From contig CASVZF010000004.1 in the NCBI GenBank assembly GCA_949467015.1, positions 1-60,268 of the forward strand: DNA of 60,268 bases. The letters run 5' to 3'. This stretch comes from an uncultured Clostridium sp. Its GTDB lineage: Bacteria; Bacillota; Clostridia; TANB77; CAG-508. This document shows, piece by piece, positions 10,450 to 21,350 of the stretch. Within the stretch, counting starts at the first letter, position 1; each line of letters begins with the position of its first letter. The notes beneath the pieces were generated by a model, which was not told the DNA's origin, did no database searches, and saw only the letters and a program-made list of their open reading frames with translations. A program made the position numbers and the translations under genes.

Positions 10450-10575
10450 AAAGGGAAGAACGAAAAGAGAAAAATAAAATTATGATTCAAATTCTGAATA
10501 GTAATTTTATTTTTTTACATAATAATATTATGAATATTTTTAATTCAAATACTCTAATTATAATGGAGGTATAAA

Positions 10576-10743
10576 ATGGAAAAGAATCAAAAAATAAACT
10601 GTACAGTAGCAAGCTGTAAATACAACAATAAGGAAAAAGGAAAGTGTACATTAGAGGCAATTCAAGTAGAGCCAATACAAGGTTGCCATACAAAAGAACC
10701 AGATGAATCTATGTGTGCAAGCTATCAATATATAAATGATTAA
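10576..10743 (+). CDS. small Cys-rich DUF1540-like protein (55 aa), absent from the ORF track
   Basis: GGAGG RBS 6 nt upstream of the ATG. Translation is MEKNQKINCTVASCKYNNKEKGKCTLEAIQVEPIQGCHTKEPDESMCASYQYIND. A hairpin terminator follows. Confidence 0.6.
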   Translation: MEKNQKINCTVASCKYNNKEKGKCTLEAIQVEPIQGCHTKEPDESMCASYQYIND

Positions 10744-10905
10744 AGATGCAAAAGATATAAAGTATACAAACTTTGTATCTTTTTATATTTCAAGAAATTT
10801 CTCATAATGTGAAATTCGTTTTTCGTCTTGACATATTAAAAAATTAGAAATACAATAACAAAAGAAAAGAATAGGCAGATTTTGCCAAAAGAATGGAGGA
10901 ATATT

Positions 10906-11835
10906 ATGTTAGTAACAACAAAAGAAATGTTTGAACAGTCAATGAAAGAAAAGTTTGCGATTGGAGCATTTAACGTAAACAATATGGAAATTATACAAGG
11001 AATTGTAGATGCGGCGGCAGAAGTTAAGTCTCCTGTAATTTTACAAGCTTCATCTAGTGCTATTAAATATGCAAGAATAGGATACTTAATGAAAATGGTA
11101 CAAGCCGCAGTAGAAGAACATCCAGAAGTTCCAATAGCATTACATTTAGACCACGGACCAGATTTTGAAACGGCAAAAATGTGTATCGATAATGGATTCA
11201 CATCTGTTATGATTGATGGTTCGAAATACGATTTTGAAGAAAATGTAGCATTAACAAAGAAAGTTGTTGATTATGCACATAGCAAAGGAGTCGTTGTAGA
11301 AGCTGAATTGGGAAAATTAGCAGGAATAGAAGATGATGTAAATGTGGCAGCAAATGATGCTATGTATACGGATCCTGCTCAAGCGGAAGAATTTGTAAAA
11401 AGAACAGGTTGTGATTCTCTAGCAATTGCAATTGGTACTAGTCATGGTGCTTACAAATTTAAGGGAGAAGCAAAACTTAGATTTGATATTTTAAAACAAA
11501 TAAAAGAGAGAATACCAAATACACCAATAGTATTACATGGAGCATCTACGGTTATACCAGAATTAGTGGAAATGTGTAATCAATATGGAGGAGATATACC
11601 AGGAGCAAAAGGTGTACCAGATGAAATTTTACAGGAAGCAAGTTTATCAGGAGTATCTAAAATTAATGTAGATACAGACTTAAGATTAGCTATGACAGCA
11701 GGAATTAGAAAAGTATTTGCAGAAGAGCCAAATGCTTTTGATCCAAGAAAATATTTGAAACCAGCAAGAGAATTAATCAAAGAGACGGTAAAACATAAAA
11801 TGGTAGATGTTTTTGGTTCAAGTAATAAAATATAA
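10906..11835 (+). CDS. fba: class II fructose-1,6-bisphosphate aldolase
   Basis: FAIGAFNVNNME, LHLDHG, GTSHGAYKF, VLHGAS motifs; GGAGG RBS before ATG 10906. Confidence 0.9.
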   Translation: MLVTTKEMFEQSMKEKFAIGAFNVNNMEIIQGIVDAAAEVKSPVILQASSSAIKYARIGYLMKMVQAAVEEHPEVPIALHLDHGPDFETAKMCIDNGFTSVMIDGSKYDFEENVALTKKVVDYAHSKGVVVEAELGKLAGIEDDVNVAANDAMYTDPAQAEEFVKRTGCDSLAIAIGTSHGAYKFKGEAKLRFDILKQIKERIPNTPIVLHGASTVIPELVEMCNQYGGDIPGAKGVPDEILQEASLSGVSKINVDTDLRLAMTAGIRKVFAEEPNAFDPRKYLKPARELIKETVKHKMVDVFGSSNKI

Positions 11836-11850
11836 AATGAGATTTTGTGA

Positions 11851-11913
11851 GATTTTGGGGACGGAGCAAAAGTTTCATATTTCAAGTGAAACTTTTGCTC
11901 CGTCCCCAAAATC
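11851..11913. repeat. 27 bp perfect-stem palindromic element (copy A); bidirectional terminator between fba and smpB
   Basis: GATTTTGGGGACGGAGCAAAAGTTTCA, 9 nt loop, exact reverse complement. The arm recurs at 22907-23007. Confidence 0.8.
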
Positions 11914-11919
11914 TCGATC

Positions 11920-12372
11920 TTATTTAAATTCCTTTTTTGCTTGATTTATTTTACGTTCTGCGTCCTTTTTAGCGATATCTTGGCGTTTATCGTATAATTT
12001 TTTACCTTTTCCAATACCAAGTTCAAGTTTAACAAGATTTCCTTTAAAATATAGGCTGACAGGAATTAGACTATACCCTTTTTGATTTACTAAACCAACT
12101 AGTTTATTAATCTCATGCTTATTTAGAAGTAGTTTTCTATCGCGTAAAGGATCTTTATTAAAAATATTTCCTTGCTCGTAGGGGCTTATATGCATACCAA
12201 CAATAAAGACTTCGCCATTTTTTATATGAGCGTAGGTATCTTTTAAATTAACTTTACCGTTTCGAATTGATTTAATTTCTGTACCGGAAAGTACAATACC
12301 TGCCTCTAATTTGTTTTCAATTGCATAGTTGTGATAGGCTGTAGGATTTTTAGCAATTACTTTTATATTCAT
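11920..12372 (-). CDS. smpB: SsrA-binding protein SmpB
   Basis: NKKAYHNY-like N-terminus ([11 protein letters not shown]), GTEIKSIR, C-terminal K/R-rich tail, 150 aa. Confidence 0.9.
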   Translation of the reverse strand: MNIKVIAKNPTAYHNYAIENKLEAGIVLSGTEIKSIRNGKVNLKDTYAHIKNGEVFIVGMHISPYEQGNIFNKDPLRDRKLLLNKHEINKLVGLVNQKGYSLIPVSLYFKGNLVKLELGIGKGKKLYDKRQDIAKKDAERKINQAKKEFK

Positions 12373-12454
12373 ACCAATTTACTCCTGATTTTAAAATTTT
12401 AAATATATTATAGCACAAATAAAAAAATAATGCACTTTCCATATAAAATAAGTA

Positions 12455-12503
12455 TAAAAAATTCTAGAAAATATAGTTAAATAAACATACATTTTCTAGA
12501 ATT
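12455..12503 (-). terminator. intrinsic terminator of the 12515-12946 gene
   Basis: 13 bp stem AATTCTAGAAAAT / ATTTTCTAGAATT followed by a U-run on the minus strand. Confidence 0.6.
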
Positions 12504-12514
12504 CCCATAAAAAA

Positions 12515-12946
12515 TTAATCTTTATCATTATAATTTGATGAACGAGTTTGAGCAGCGTAATACCAAACTAAAGCAACAATAACAATAGCAGCAATTCCAA
12601 TAATTAGCCATGTCCAAGCAGTAGAAGACATTCCCATAAAAGTATGAGCCGTTCCATCTGTTGCTGTTCGAGTTGCTGTATAAGTGTTAGTTGCGGCAGT
12701 TTTATTATGATCTGTTACAGTATTTTTTGTATTATTTGCTCCATTTTCTATCTTATTAGTAGCTTCTTTAGAAGTATTAGAAACATCTTTTGCAGCATTT
12801 TCTACTGCATTTTCAGCACCACCTACAACATTTCTTACACCATTTGCAGCATTTTGAAACATATTATTATCATTTGCTAAACAAACAGTAAAAGAAAATA
12901 TTATAGCTATAAGAATGCTCAAGCTTATTAATAATTTTTTGTACAT
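12515..12946 (-). CDS. hypothetical low-complexity protein with N-terminal signal and C-terminal TM anchor
   Basis: Signal-like MYKKLLISLSILIAIIFSFTVCLA, N/A/T-rich middle, C-terminal TM WLIIGIAAIVIVALVWYY; GGAGG RBS. Confidence 0.5.
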   Translation of the reverse strand: MYKKLLISLSILIAIIFSFTVCLANDNNMFQNAANGVRNVVGGAENAVENAAKDVSNTSKEATNKIENGANNTKNTVTDHNKTAATNTYTATRTATDGTAHTFMGMSSTAWTWLIIGIAAIVIVALVWYYAAQTRSSNYNDKD

Positions 12947-13114
12947 AAAATTATCCTCCTATTATAAATTTAAAACTAGCATTGGATTTTATCCAAATGA
13001 ATAACTAGCTATGTTAAAATTTTCATAGACCAGTCTGATATTTCTCCATTTAATAAAAAATAATTCTATTACTAGTATTAAAAAAAAATAATAAAATATA
13101 CAGGCAAAAAAATG

Positions 13115-13152
13115 AAAAAAATAAAAGCTTTAAAAGAAAGCTTTTATTTTTA
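13115..13152. terminator. hairpin terminator downstream of the 13165-13578 gene
   Basis: AAAAGCTTT / AAAGCTTTT stem flanked by A- and T-runs. Confidence 0.5.
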
Positions 13153-13164
13153 AAAATTTTAAAT

Positions 13165-13578
13165 TTATTTTTTTAATCTAATTAAAATAGCAATAGCAAG
13201 CAATATTAGTAAGATTCCTATTACCACTAAAAGGATATTAAGAATATTAGATAATCCTAAATTACTTTCTGGTAAGGACGAACTACTGACTGTTGCGGAA
13301 GAAGTAGTATTGGTTGTTGAAGATGTAGAAGTGTTTGTATTATTAGAAATACTAGAATTATTAGTAGCTGAAGTATTATTCGAAACATTAGTAGTTGAAG
13401 TTGAATTAGTTGAAATTGTATTATTATCTGCTGTCGAATTATCGGATGAAAAATTAGTCGTTAAATCATCGGATAAGTTTAAATCAACAGCATAAGATGA
13501 AGTGATTCCTAATAATATTATTAATAAAGTTATAAAAATTGATATTATAATAAAATTTGACTTTTTAAAATTTAACAT
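13165..13578 (-). CDS. hypothetical Ser/Thr/Asn-rich surface protein with signal peptide and C-terminal TM anchor
   Basis: GGAGG RBS before the ATG at 13578 (MLNFKKSNFIIISIF...), S/T/N-rich low-complexity core, hydrophobic C-terminus followed by RLKK. Confidence 0.5.
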   Translation of the reverse strand: MLNFKKSNFIIISIFITLLIILLGITSSYAVDLNLSDDLTTNFSSDNSTADNNTISTNSTSTTNVSNNTSATNNSSISNNTNTSTSSTTNTTSSATVSSSSLPESNLGLSNILNILLVVIGILLILLAIAILIRLKK

Positions 13579-13749
13579 TTTTAACCTCCATTTGAAATAA
13601 GAAATATTCCCGTTCTTTTGTTTCATGCTATTATCATAACACAAACAGCCAATGCTGTCTAGTAAAAATTATAAAAAAATGAAATATTATATTGAATAAT
13701 AGTTTCATTATCGATATAATAGAACAAACAAAATATAGGAGAAAAAGTT

Positions 13750-15582
13750 ATGGAAAGAAAAGAACTAAAAAAACAAGCAAAGATTGTCTTGAAAAAACAT
13801 TATATACTTCTAATGATTACTTGCTTAGTAGCAGCATTTATTGGTAGTGAATTTGCCTTGTCCATTTCTGTAAGTTCTTTACAGTCTAATATGACAGAAT
13901 CTACAATTGAACTATCAGATGATTATATAGAAAATAGATTAGAAGAGGTTGAAAACGAAAATGAAAGAAAGCTAAAAGAAATAGAAAATAGTGAAACAGA
14001 TAAAGGTAAAATGCTGGGGAGAACAAATGGAGTTTTTTCTAGTATTATTAATATGTTTGGTACAAAAAATATATATTTTAAAGTGATAAAAGGATTAGAA
14101 TCTTTACATGCTTCCAAAACGGTAGCACTGGCATTATTAATAATAGCTAGTTTTCTAATACAATTTATCATTTGGTTTTTCTTTATTAATATATTTAATG
14201 TGATAACAAGAAGAATCTTTTTGGAAAGCAGAATTTATAAAACGGTCCCAAAAGAAAGATTTATATTTTTACAAAAGACAAGAACTTGGTTGAAGGTTGC
14301 TAAAACAATGTTTCTAACAAGTCTGTATCATACACTATGGTATTTTACCATAATTGGAGGAATAATAAAATCCTATTCTTATCGTTTAGTTCCTTATATT
14401 GTAGCAGAAAATCCAAGCATTCCTTCTCAAAAAGCAATAACCCTTTCAAGATACATGATGAAAGGACATAAATGGGAAATGTTTAAATTTGATCTTTCTT
14501 TTATACTATGGAACATATTAGGAATTATAACTTGGGGATTGTCCGATGTATTTTTCACCAATCTATATAAAGTGGCATCAGAAACAGAATATTATGCTTA
14601 TTTAAGAAAACTAGCAATAGATAATAAAATTAATGATATAGAAAATTTAAATGATATATACTTGTATGAAAAGGCTGATACAGAAACTTTAAAAGAAGCA
14701 TACAAAGATGTAGTTGATGAAAAAGAAAAAAAAGAAGTATATCCAAATAAGTCAAAAGGAATCAAGGGATTTTTTGAAAATATATTGGGAATTAATCTAA
14801 GTTCAAAGGAAGAAGAAGAAAAACATGAAAAAGAGATTGTAAAAAAAATAAAATTGAAAAAATCAAAAGATGAATTAAAGGGAGATTCTTATCCAGAAAG
14901 ATTATTTACCATAAAGATAAAAGATAAGAAAAAACGTATAGAAATCATAAATTATATGCGAAGATATTCAATTACTAATTTAATATTTTTATTTTTTATC
15001 CTATCGTTTATTGGGTGGATATGGGAAGTAAGCCTCCATTTAATCACTTTAGGAAAATTTATCAATAGAGGAGCACTTCATGGACCATGGCTTCCTATAT
15101 ATGGATTTGGAGGAATTATTATACTACTCGTTTTGTACAAATTTAGAAGTAAAGTTATCAACCATCTAGCTTTATCTGCAATATTATGTGGCTTTCTCGA
15201 ATATTTCTCATCTCTTGCTCTAGAAATGACTTATGGACAAAAGTGGTGGGATTATAGCGGATATTTTATAAATTTGAATGGTAGAATATGTGCAGAAGGA
15301 TTATTGGTATTTGCTTTAGGCGGCATGTTCATCGTTTATATACTAGCACCTTATATGGATAATCTATTAAGAAAGCTAAATAAAAAAGTCGCTATTTTAC
15401 TTTGTATGATTTTACTACTGGTATTTTCAATCGATATGATTTATAGTCATAATAACCCGAATGCAGGGGAAGGAATAACAGATTATTCCTACATAAATAA
15501 GAATGAAACAAATAAAATATTAGGAAAAACGGAGCAAAAAAATGAATTTTATTTTTTATATGATTGTATATACACTAATTAA
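13750..15582 (+). CDS. polytopic membrane protein: DUF975-like N-terminal half fused to a PF06541 (CmpB / 'ABC-transporter type IV'-like) C-terminal half
   Basis: The C-terminal half (FIGWIWEV...HGPWLPIYGFG...WWDYSGYFINLNGRICAEG) is paralogous to the 16816-17655 product. The N-terminal half has DUF975-like TM topology. Confidence 0.5.
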   Translation: MERKELKKQAKIVLKKHYILLMITCLVAAFIGSEFALSISVSSLQSNMTESTIELSDDYIENRLEEVENENERKLKEIENSETDKGKMLGRTNGVFSSIINMFGTKNIYFKVIKGLESLHASKTVALALLIIASFLIQFIIWFFFINIFNVITRRIFLESRIYKTVPKERFIFLQKTRTWLKVAKTMFLTSLYHTLWYFTIIGGIIKSYSYRLVPYIVAENPSIPSQKAITLSRYMMKGHKWEMFKFDLSFILWNILGIITWGLSDVFFTNLYKVASETEYYAYLRKLAIDNKINDIENLNDIYLYEKADTETLKEAYKDVVDEKEKKEVYPNKSKGIKGFFENILGINLSSKEEEEKHEKEIVKKIKLKKSKDELKGDSYPERLFTIKIKDKKKRIEIINYMRRYSITNLIFLFFILSFIGWIWEVSLHLITLGKFINRGALHGPWLPIYGFGGIIILLVLYKFRSKVINHLALSAILCGFLEYFSSLALEMTYGQKWWDYSGYFINLNGRICAEGLLVFALGGMFIVYILAPYMDNLLRKLNKKVAILLCMILLLVFSIDMIYSHNNPNAGEGITDYSYINKNETNKILGKTEQKNEFYFLYDCIYTN

Positions 15583-16738
15583 CCTTTATATATTAATGAG
15601 AATTTTAGGATGGATATCTTATCTGAGCAAAAGTTTGAATAAAAAATACATAAAAATAGGTGTAGTAATTTTATATACAATTTGTTATTTATCACCAATT
15701 GTAGGGTATCTATTACCAATTTCAAATTTTCAAAAAAATATACAAGAATTTGCCAACAGCTTTATGGGGGTTTTAATATATATGTTAATGGTTACGTCTA
15801 TATCGGACATCATAAAGTTAATATTATTTAAGATATTCAAACTAAAAAATGACAGACAAAAAATGAAACAATTTTTTTATGTTGTAGGCATTATAGCTAC
15901 TATTGTTGTAGTAGGCACCTCTATTTATGGATTGATACATGCTAGAAATATTACAGTAAGAAATTATAATGTAAAAATTAGTAAAAGCATAGAAAGCGAA
16001 AAGAAAGATTTAAAAATTGCTTTGATTGCAGATTTACATTTAGGATATAACATAGGATACAAAATGATGGAACAAATGGTAGAAAAAATAAACAATCAAA
16101 ATGTTGATTTAGTGCTAATTGCAGGAGATATTTTTGACAATAGTAGTGTTACGGTAGATGATATAGAAAAATGTCAAAAGGCATTAAGTAAATTAAACAG
16201 TACAGATGGAGTTTATGCTGTGTTTGGAAACCATGATGTAGAGGAAAGATTATTTTGTGGATTTTCCGTACAATCTACAGATAGTGACTATAGAAATGAA
16301 GAAATGGAGGATATGCTTAAATCAGCCGGAATTAGAATTTTAGATGATGAAGTAACCTTGATAAAGGATTCTCTTTATATAGTTGGAAGAAAAGATGCAG
16401 AAAAATCTGGATTTGGAGCAGAAGAAAGAAAAGAGTTAACAACTTTAATGGAAAATGTAGATAAGAGCAAAACAGTAATTGTTTTAGAACATGAGCCGAT
16501 GAACCTTGAAGAAATCAGCGATCAAGGTGTAGATTTACATTTATCTGGTCATACTCATGCAGGACAATTTTTTCCTTTAACAATAGGAACGAGTATGAAG
16601 TGGCTTAATTCTTATGGAATGAAGCAAGTAGGAAAAATGACTAGTGTAGTTACATCTGGAATCGGAGTTTATGGACCAAATATAAGAATTGGAACAAATA
16701 GTGAAATTAGCATAGTAAATATTCAGTTTGATGAGTAA
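15542..16738 (+). CDS. membrane-anchored metallophosphoesterase (calcineurin-like)
   Basis: DLHLG, GDIFD, GNHD and SGHTHAGQ motifs after about 5 N-terminal TM segments. Confidence 0.8.
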   Translation: MNFIFYMIVYTLINLYILMRILGWISYLSKSLNKKYIKIGVVILYTICYLSPIVGYLLPISNFQKNIQEFANSFMGVLIYMLMVTSISDIIKLILFKIFKLKNDRQKMKQFFYVVGIIATIVVVGTSIYGLIHARNITVRNYNVKISKSIESEKKDLKIALIADLHLGYNIGYKMMEQMVEKINNQNVDLVLIAGDIFDNSSVTVDDIEKCQKALSKLNSTDGVYAVFGNHDVEERLFCGFSVQSTDSDYRNEEMEDMLKSAGIRILDDEVTLIKDSLYIVGRKDAEKSGFGAEERKELTTLMENVDKSKTVIVLEHEPMNLEEISDQGVDLHLSGHTHAGQFFPLTIGTSMKWLNSYGMKQVGKMTSVVTSGIGVYGPNIRIGTNSEISIVNIQFDE

Positions 16739-16815
16739 CAGATATAAGAAAGAAAATAGTTAATGAAAGCATCAAAGGGTATGCTAATGTAAGTAATAAA
16801 AGAGGGAAAAATTAC

Positions 16816-17655
16816 ATGGAAGAGAAAGATATTGAAAGAAATGAAATAGAAAAAAAGAAGAAACCCATAACAATTATGGGAATTAGCATATGGAGGTTAA
16901 TGGCATACTTTATTATTTATAGTATGGCGGGATTTGTTATTGAAACACTTTTTGGACTCGTTACAAAAGGTGTAATCGAAAGCAGAAAAAGTTTTTTATA
17001 TGGACCATTTTGTGCTATATATGGGGTAGGTGCAGTAATCATGATTCCATCGTTACAAAAATTTAAAAAAAATAATTATACTTTATTTATAGGTGGAATG
17101 TTGATAGGTTCTCTTGTAGAATATTTAATTAGCTTAATTGGGGAATTTATTTTTCATATTAAATGGTGGGATTATTCTGATATGCCATTTAACATAAATG
17201 GAAGAATATGTATTGCATTTTCTTTCTTCTGGGGAATCTTAGCTATTTATCTAATGAGTCATTTTAATCCACTTGTTGATAGGTTAATTAATAAAATGAA
17301 AGAAAAAATATCTCCAAAGATTTTGAAAATAGGAGTTATTCTTGTTATTATTTTCATTTTTATCGATTTCTTAATCACTAGTTTTGCCTTAAAAATGTTC
17401 TTTACGAGAGTAGTAACTGAATACAATATAGAACTTTTGGAACAGAATGAATATATTCTTGAATGTACAGAGTTATATAAAAATGAAGATATAAAAAATT
17501 TTACATTAAAATATTTTTCAGATGAAAAGATGCTAAAGACATTTCCTAATATTAAGGTAACGGGGAAAGATGAAAATGTTATTTGGATTTGTGATGTGTT
17601 GAAAGATATTCAGCCATATTATGTAAGAGTATTTACGCCAAAGTATTTTAAATAG
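16816..17655 (+). CDS. PF06541-type membrane protein (putative ABC-transporter type IV / CmpB-like)
   Basis: GFVIETLFG...YGPFCAIYG...WWDYSDMPFNINGRICI motifs shared with the C-terminus of the 13750 gene. Confidence 0.55.
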   Translation: MEEKDIERNEIEKKKKPITIMGISIWRLMAYFIIYSMAGFVIETLFGLVTKGVIESRKSFLYGPFCAIYGVGAVIMIPSLQKFKKNNYTLFIGGMLIGSLVEYLISLIGEFIFHIKWWDYSDMPFNINGRICIAFSFFWGILAIYLMSHFNPLVDRLINKMKEKISPKILKIGVILVIIFIFIDFLITSFALKMFFTRVVTEYNIELLEQNEYILECTELYKNEDIKNFTLKYFSDEKMLKTFPNIKVTGKDENVIWICDVLKDIQPYYVRVFTPKYFK

Positions 17656-17828
17656 ATGAAATTTAGACAGATCTTTCATTTTTTATAAATAAAATTATGA
17701 TGAAAAATTTATTATAGGTGTATGTTATTTAGTGAGAACACATGATACAATAATTGCTCCTGAAGATTTAGGTAATACTTTTGAAATGATAGAAAAAATG
17801 AAGATGAATTAGAAAAATAGGGGGAAAT

Positions 17829-19785
17829 ATGTTTAAATTAGTATCAGACTATAAACCAACTGGCGACCAGCCACAAGCAATTGAATATTTAAGTAATGGG
17901 ATAAAAGAGGGAAAGAAATTCCAGACCTTGCTTGGTGTCACAGGATCGGGAAAAACCTTTACAATGGCAAACATTATAGAAAAGGTACAAAAGCCTACTC
18001 TTATTTTAGCCCACAATAAAACTTTAGCAGGACAACTATATTCAGAGTTCAAAGAATTTTTTCCAGAGAATAATGTGGAGTATTTTGTTAGCTATTATGA
18101 TTATTATCAGCCAGAGAGCTATATTCCATCAACAGATACCTACATTGAAAAGGATTCTTCCATCAATGATGAAATTGATAAATTACGTCATTCAGCTACC
18201 TTATCTTTATTTGAAACAAGAGATGTTATAATAGTTGCATCTGTTTCTTGTATATATGGATTAGGAGATCCAATTGATTACCAAGAAATGATGTTATCGT
18301 TAAGACCTGGTATGCAAAAATCAAGAGATCAAGTTTTAAGAAAATTAATTAGTATGCAATATACAAGAAATGAAATTGATTTTAAAAGAGGAACATTTAG
18401 AGCAAAAGGTGACATTGTAGAAATTTATCCATCTGACCAATCAGAATCAGCAGTAAGAGTAGAGTTCTGGGGAGATGAAATTGAAAAAATAGTAGAAATA
18501 AATGCTTTAACAGGAAAACCAATCGGATCAAGACGTCATATTTTAATTTCACCAGCATCACACTATGTTACAACAAAAGATAAAATGGAAAGAGCAATTG
18601 TGACAATAGAGCAAGAGATGGAGGAAAGGGTAAAATACTTTAAATCTCAAAATAAATTGATTGAAGCACAAAGAATAGAAGAAAGAACAAATTTTGATAT
18701 TGAAATGATGAAAGAAACTGGATTCTGTTCTGGAATAGAAAATTATTCTAGACATATTAGTCGGAAGACCAGAAGGAAGCCCTCCTTATACATTATTTGA
18801 TTATTTTCCAGACGATTTTCTATTGTTAATTGATGAATCACATGCGACGATTCCGCAGGTAAAGGCAATGTATAACGGAGATAGAGCAAGAAAAGAATCT
18901 TTGGTAAATTATGGCTTTCGCTTACCATCAGCTTTTGATAACAGGCCACTTACCTTTAAAGAATTTGAAGAAAGAATCAATCAAGTTGTATTTGTTAGTG
19001 CAACACCAGCTGATTATGAAAAGGAACATGCAAAGGATAATATAATCGAGCAGATTATAAGACCTACTGGATTATTAGATCCAAAAATAGAAGTAAAACC
19101 AGTTATCAATCAGATTGATGATTTGTTAGAGCAGATTAGAATTCGAGTAGAAAGAAAAGAAAGAGTATTAGTTACCACATTAACAAAAAAAATGGCAGAA
19201 GATTTAACAGAATATTTAAAAAGTTTAGATATTAAAGTAAATTATATGCATTCTGATACGAAAGCTTTAGAAAGAATGGAAATTATCAGAAATTTGAGAC
19301 TAGGAGAATTTGATGTTTTAGTGGGAATCAATCTTTTAAGAGAAGGATTGGATATTCCAGAAGTATCTCTAGTTGCTATATTAGATGCAGATAAAGAAGG
19401 ATTTTTACGTTCGGAAAGATCATTAATTCAAACGATTGGACGTGCTGCCAGAAATACAAACGGTACTGTTATTATGTATGCAGATGAATTGACAGAAAGT
19501 ATGGAAAAGGCAATATCAGAGACAAACAGAAGAAGGAACATACAAGAAAAGTATAATGAAGAACACCATATCATACCGAAAACAATTAATAAATCTGTTA
19601 GAGATAGTATTCAAGTAACAACAGTAGAAGATATTGGAGTAGAATATAAGTTAGAGAAGAGTGAAGATATCAAACAAACGATTGAAAAATTAACAGATGA
19701 AATGCTTAAATATGCTGCTAATATGGAATTTGAAAAAGCTGCTGAACTTCGTGATAAAATAAAAGAATTAGAAAAATTGGTCTAA
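17829..19785 (+). CDS. uvrB: excinuclease ABC subunit B; frame broken at CGG 18762
   Basis: GVTGSGKTF Walker A, full-length UvrB similarity. Frame 0 ends [16 protein letters not shown]-stop. The +1 frame from 18763 gives [32 protein letters not shown]. Total 651 aa after skipping one nt. Confidence 0.9.
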
Positions 19786-19872
19786 GGCCAATTTTTTATT
19801 TGTTTTTTTGAAAATAAAGTGATATAATTTGTTCTTGAATCATTTTATTATTACAAAGGAGGAAAAGAAAGA

Positions 19873-20553
19873 GTGGAAAATTTAATTAATATAACATCAT
19901 CTTTTTGGTTTCAAGCAATTATTAAACTAATATTAGGATTTGTTTTAGCTGGAATCATAGGACTAGAAAGATCATCCTGGAATAAACCTGCAGGTTTTAG
20001 AACACATTCATTAGTTGGGTTAAGTGCAGTTTTAATCATGCTTTGTGGGGAGTATATGTCAAAAGAATATAATATCGATCCTTCTAGAATACCAGCACAG
20101 TTATTGTCAGGAATAGGATTTATTGGTGCAGGAACCATTTTAAGAGATGGTTTTAATGTAAAAGGTTTAACAACAGCAGCTGGACTTTTAGCTGTTACCT
20201 GTGTGGGCCTAAGTATTGGAGCAGGGTTTTATTTAGGTGGAATTATGACCACATTAATTGCGTATGTTATTTTATCTTATTCATATAAAATATCAGACAA
20301 ATTAGATCATTTTAGTGTATTAGAACTGCAAATTACAACAAATAAAAATGAAAATGAAGTGATAGAAAAAATAGAAAAATGTCTAAGTGATTCTGAAATA
20401 GAAATGAAACAAATTAAAAGACAAAGCAAGGAAGAAGCGGAAGGGGAAATAATCAAAGTTATTGCCCATTATAATAAAAGAGAAATTAGGAAAAATGAAT
20501 TACTAAGAAAGATTACTTTGGTTGACAGTGTAGAAGAGGTTTTAGAACTTTAA
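19873..20553 (+). CDS. MgtC/SapB family membrane protein
   Basis: GLERSSWNKPAGFRTHSLVG signature, 4-5 TM segments plus a soluble C-terminal domain; GTG start after GGAGG. Confidence 0.75.
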   Translation: MENLINITSSFWFQAIIKLILGFVLAGIIGLERSSWNKPAGFRTHSLVGLSAVLIMLCGEYMSKEYNIDPSRIPAQLLSGIGFIGAGTILRDGFNVKGLTTAAGLLAVTCVGLSIGAGFYLGGIMTTLIAYVILSYSYKISDKLDHFSVLELQITTNKNENEVIEKIEKCLSDSEIEMKQIKRQSKEEAEGEIIKVIAHYNKREIRKNELLRKITLVDSVEEVLEL

Positions 20554-20631
20554 TTTTTTATTTAAGATTACTTGTTTGATAAAATTTATTTTGATATAAT
20601 AAAATAAATTTATAATAAAGGGGATAAAAGT

Positions 20632-21306
20632 ATGGAAACAAAAATTATTGGAAATGAGTTACCATTAGTAACTTGTAAATTAGCAAAAGGAGAAACAGTT
20701 ATTACAGAAAATGGTGGAATGAGTTGGATGGATGATGCATTTGAAATGAAAACAACTACAAATGGTGGTATTATGAAGGGATTAGGAAGAGCTTTAGCTG
20801 GAGAATCTCTATTTATGAATACATATACAGCAACAAAAGAAGGGGCAGAAATTACATTTTCTTCTTGTTTTCCAGGAGAAATTCTAGAATTTGATTTAGC
20901 ACATGGAGAAAGTATTATTGCTCAAAAACGTGCCTTTTTGTGTTGTGAACAAGGAGTAGATGTTTCAATGCATTTTAGAAAAAAATTAGGAGCAGGATTT
21001 TTTGGAGGAGAAGGATTTATTATGCAAAAAATAACTGGGCCAGGAAAAGTCTTCTTAGAAATTGATGGAACTGTTGTGAAAAAAGAGTTGACAGCAGGTG
21101 AAAAGTTAAAAGTAGATAATGGATATGTGGCAGCAATGACAAAAGATGTTAATTTAGATATTGAAACAGTAAAAGGAGTAAAAAATATTGTATTTGGAGG
21201 AGAAGGATTATTTGTTACGACTTTAACAGGTCCAGGTACAGTGTATTTACAATCGATGCCAATTTCTAAATTATCTGGTTTGCTATATATGGGAGCTCCT
21301 AAATAA
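20632..21306 (+). CDS. TIGR00266 / AIM24 (DUF124) family protein
   Basis: LAGESLFMNTY, GGEGFIMQKITGPG and GGEGLFVTTLTGPGTVYLQSMP motifs. Confidence 0.7.
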   Translation: METKIIGNELPLVTCKLAKGETVITENGGMSWMDDAFEMKTTTNGGIMKGLGRALAGESLFMNTYTATKEGAEITFSSCFPGEILEFDLAHGESIIAQKRAFLCCEQGVDVSMHFRKKLGAGFFGGEGFIMQKITGPGKVFLEIDGTVVKKELTAGEKLKVDNGYVAAMTKDVNLDIETVKGVKNIVFGGEGLFVTTLTGPGTVYLQSMPISKLSGLLYMGAPK

Positions 21307-21350
21307 TAAATATACCACATAATTCAAATAACATGCATATCATATAATAG

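Noticed and set aside
10487-10693. 68-aa minus-strand ORF in the copA-fba gap
   Set aside because: It lies opposite the better-supported plus-strand DUF1540-like gene (10576-10743), which has an RBS, a Cys-rich conserved-looking product and a terminator.
17736-17748. LexA/DinR box upstream of uvrB (GAACACATGATAC)
   Set aside because: Only one half-site matches the Firmicute GAAC-N4-GTTC consensus, and the second half (GATA) has two mismatches. This is too weak to call.
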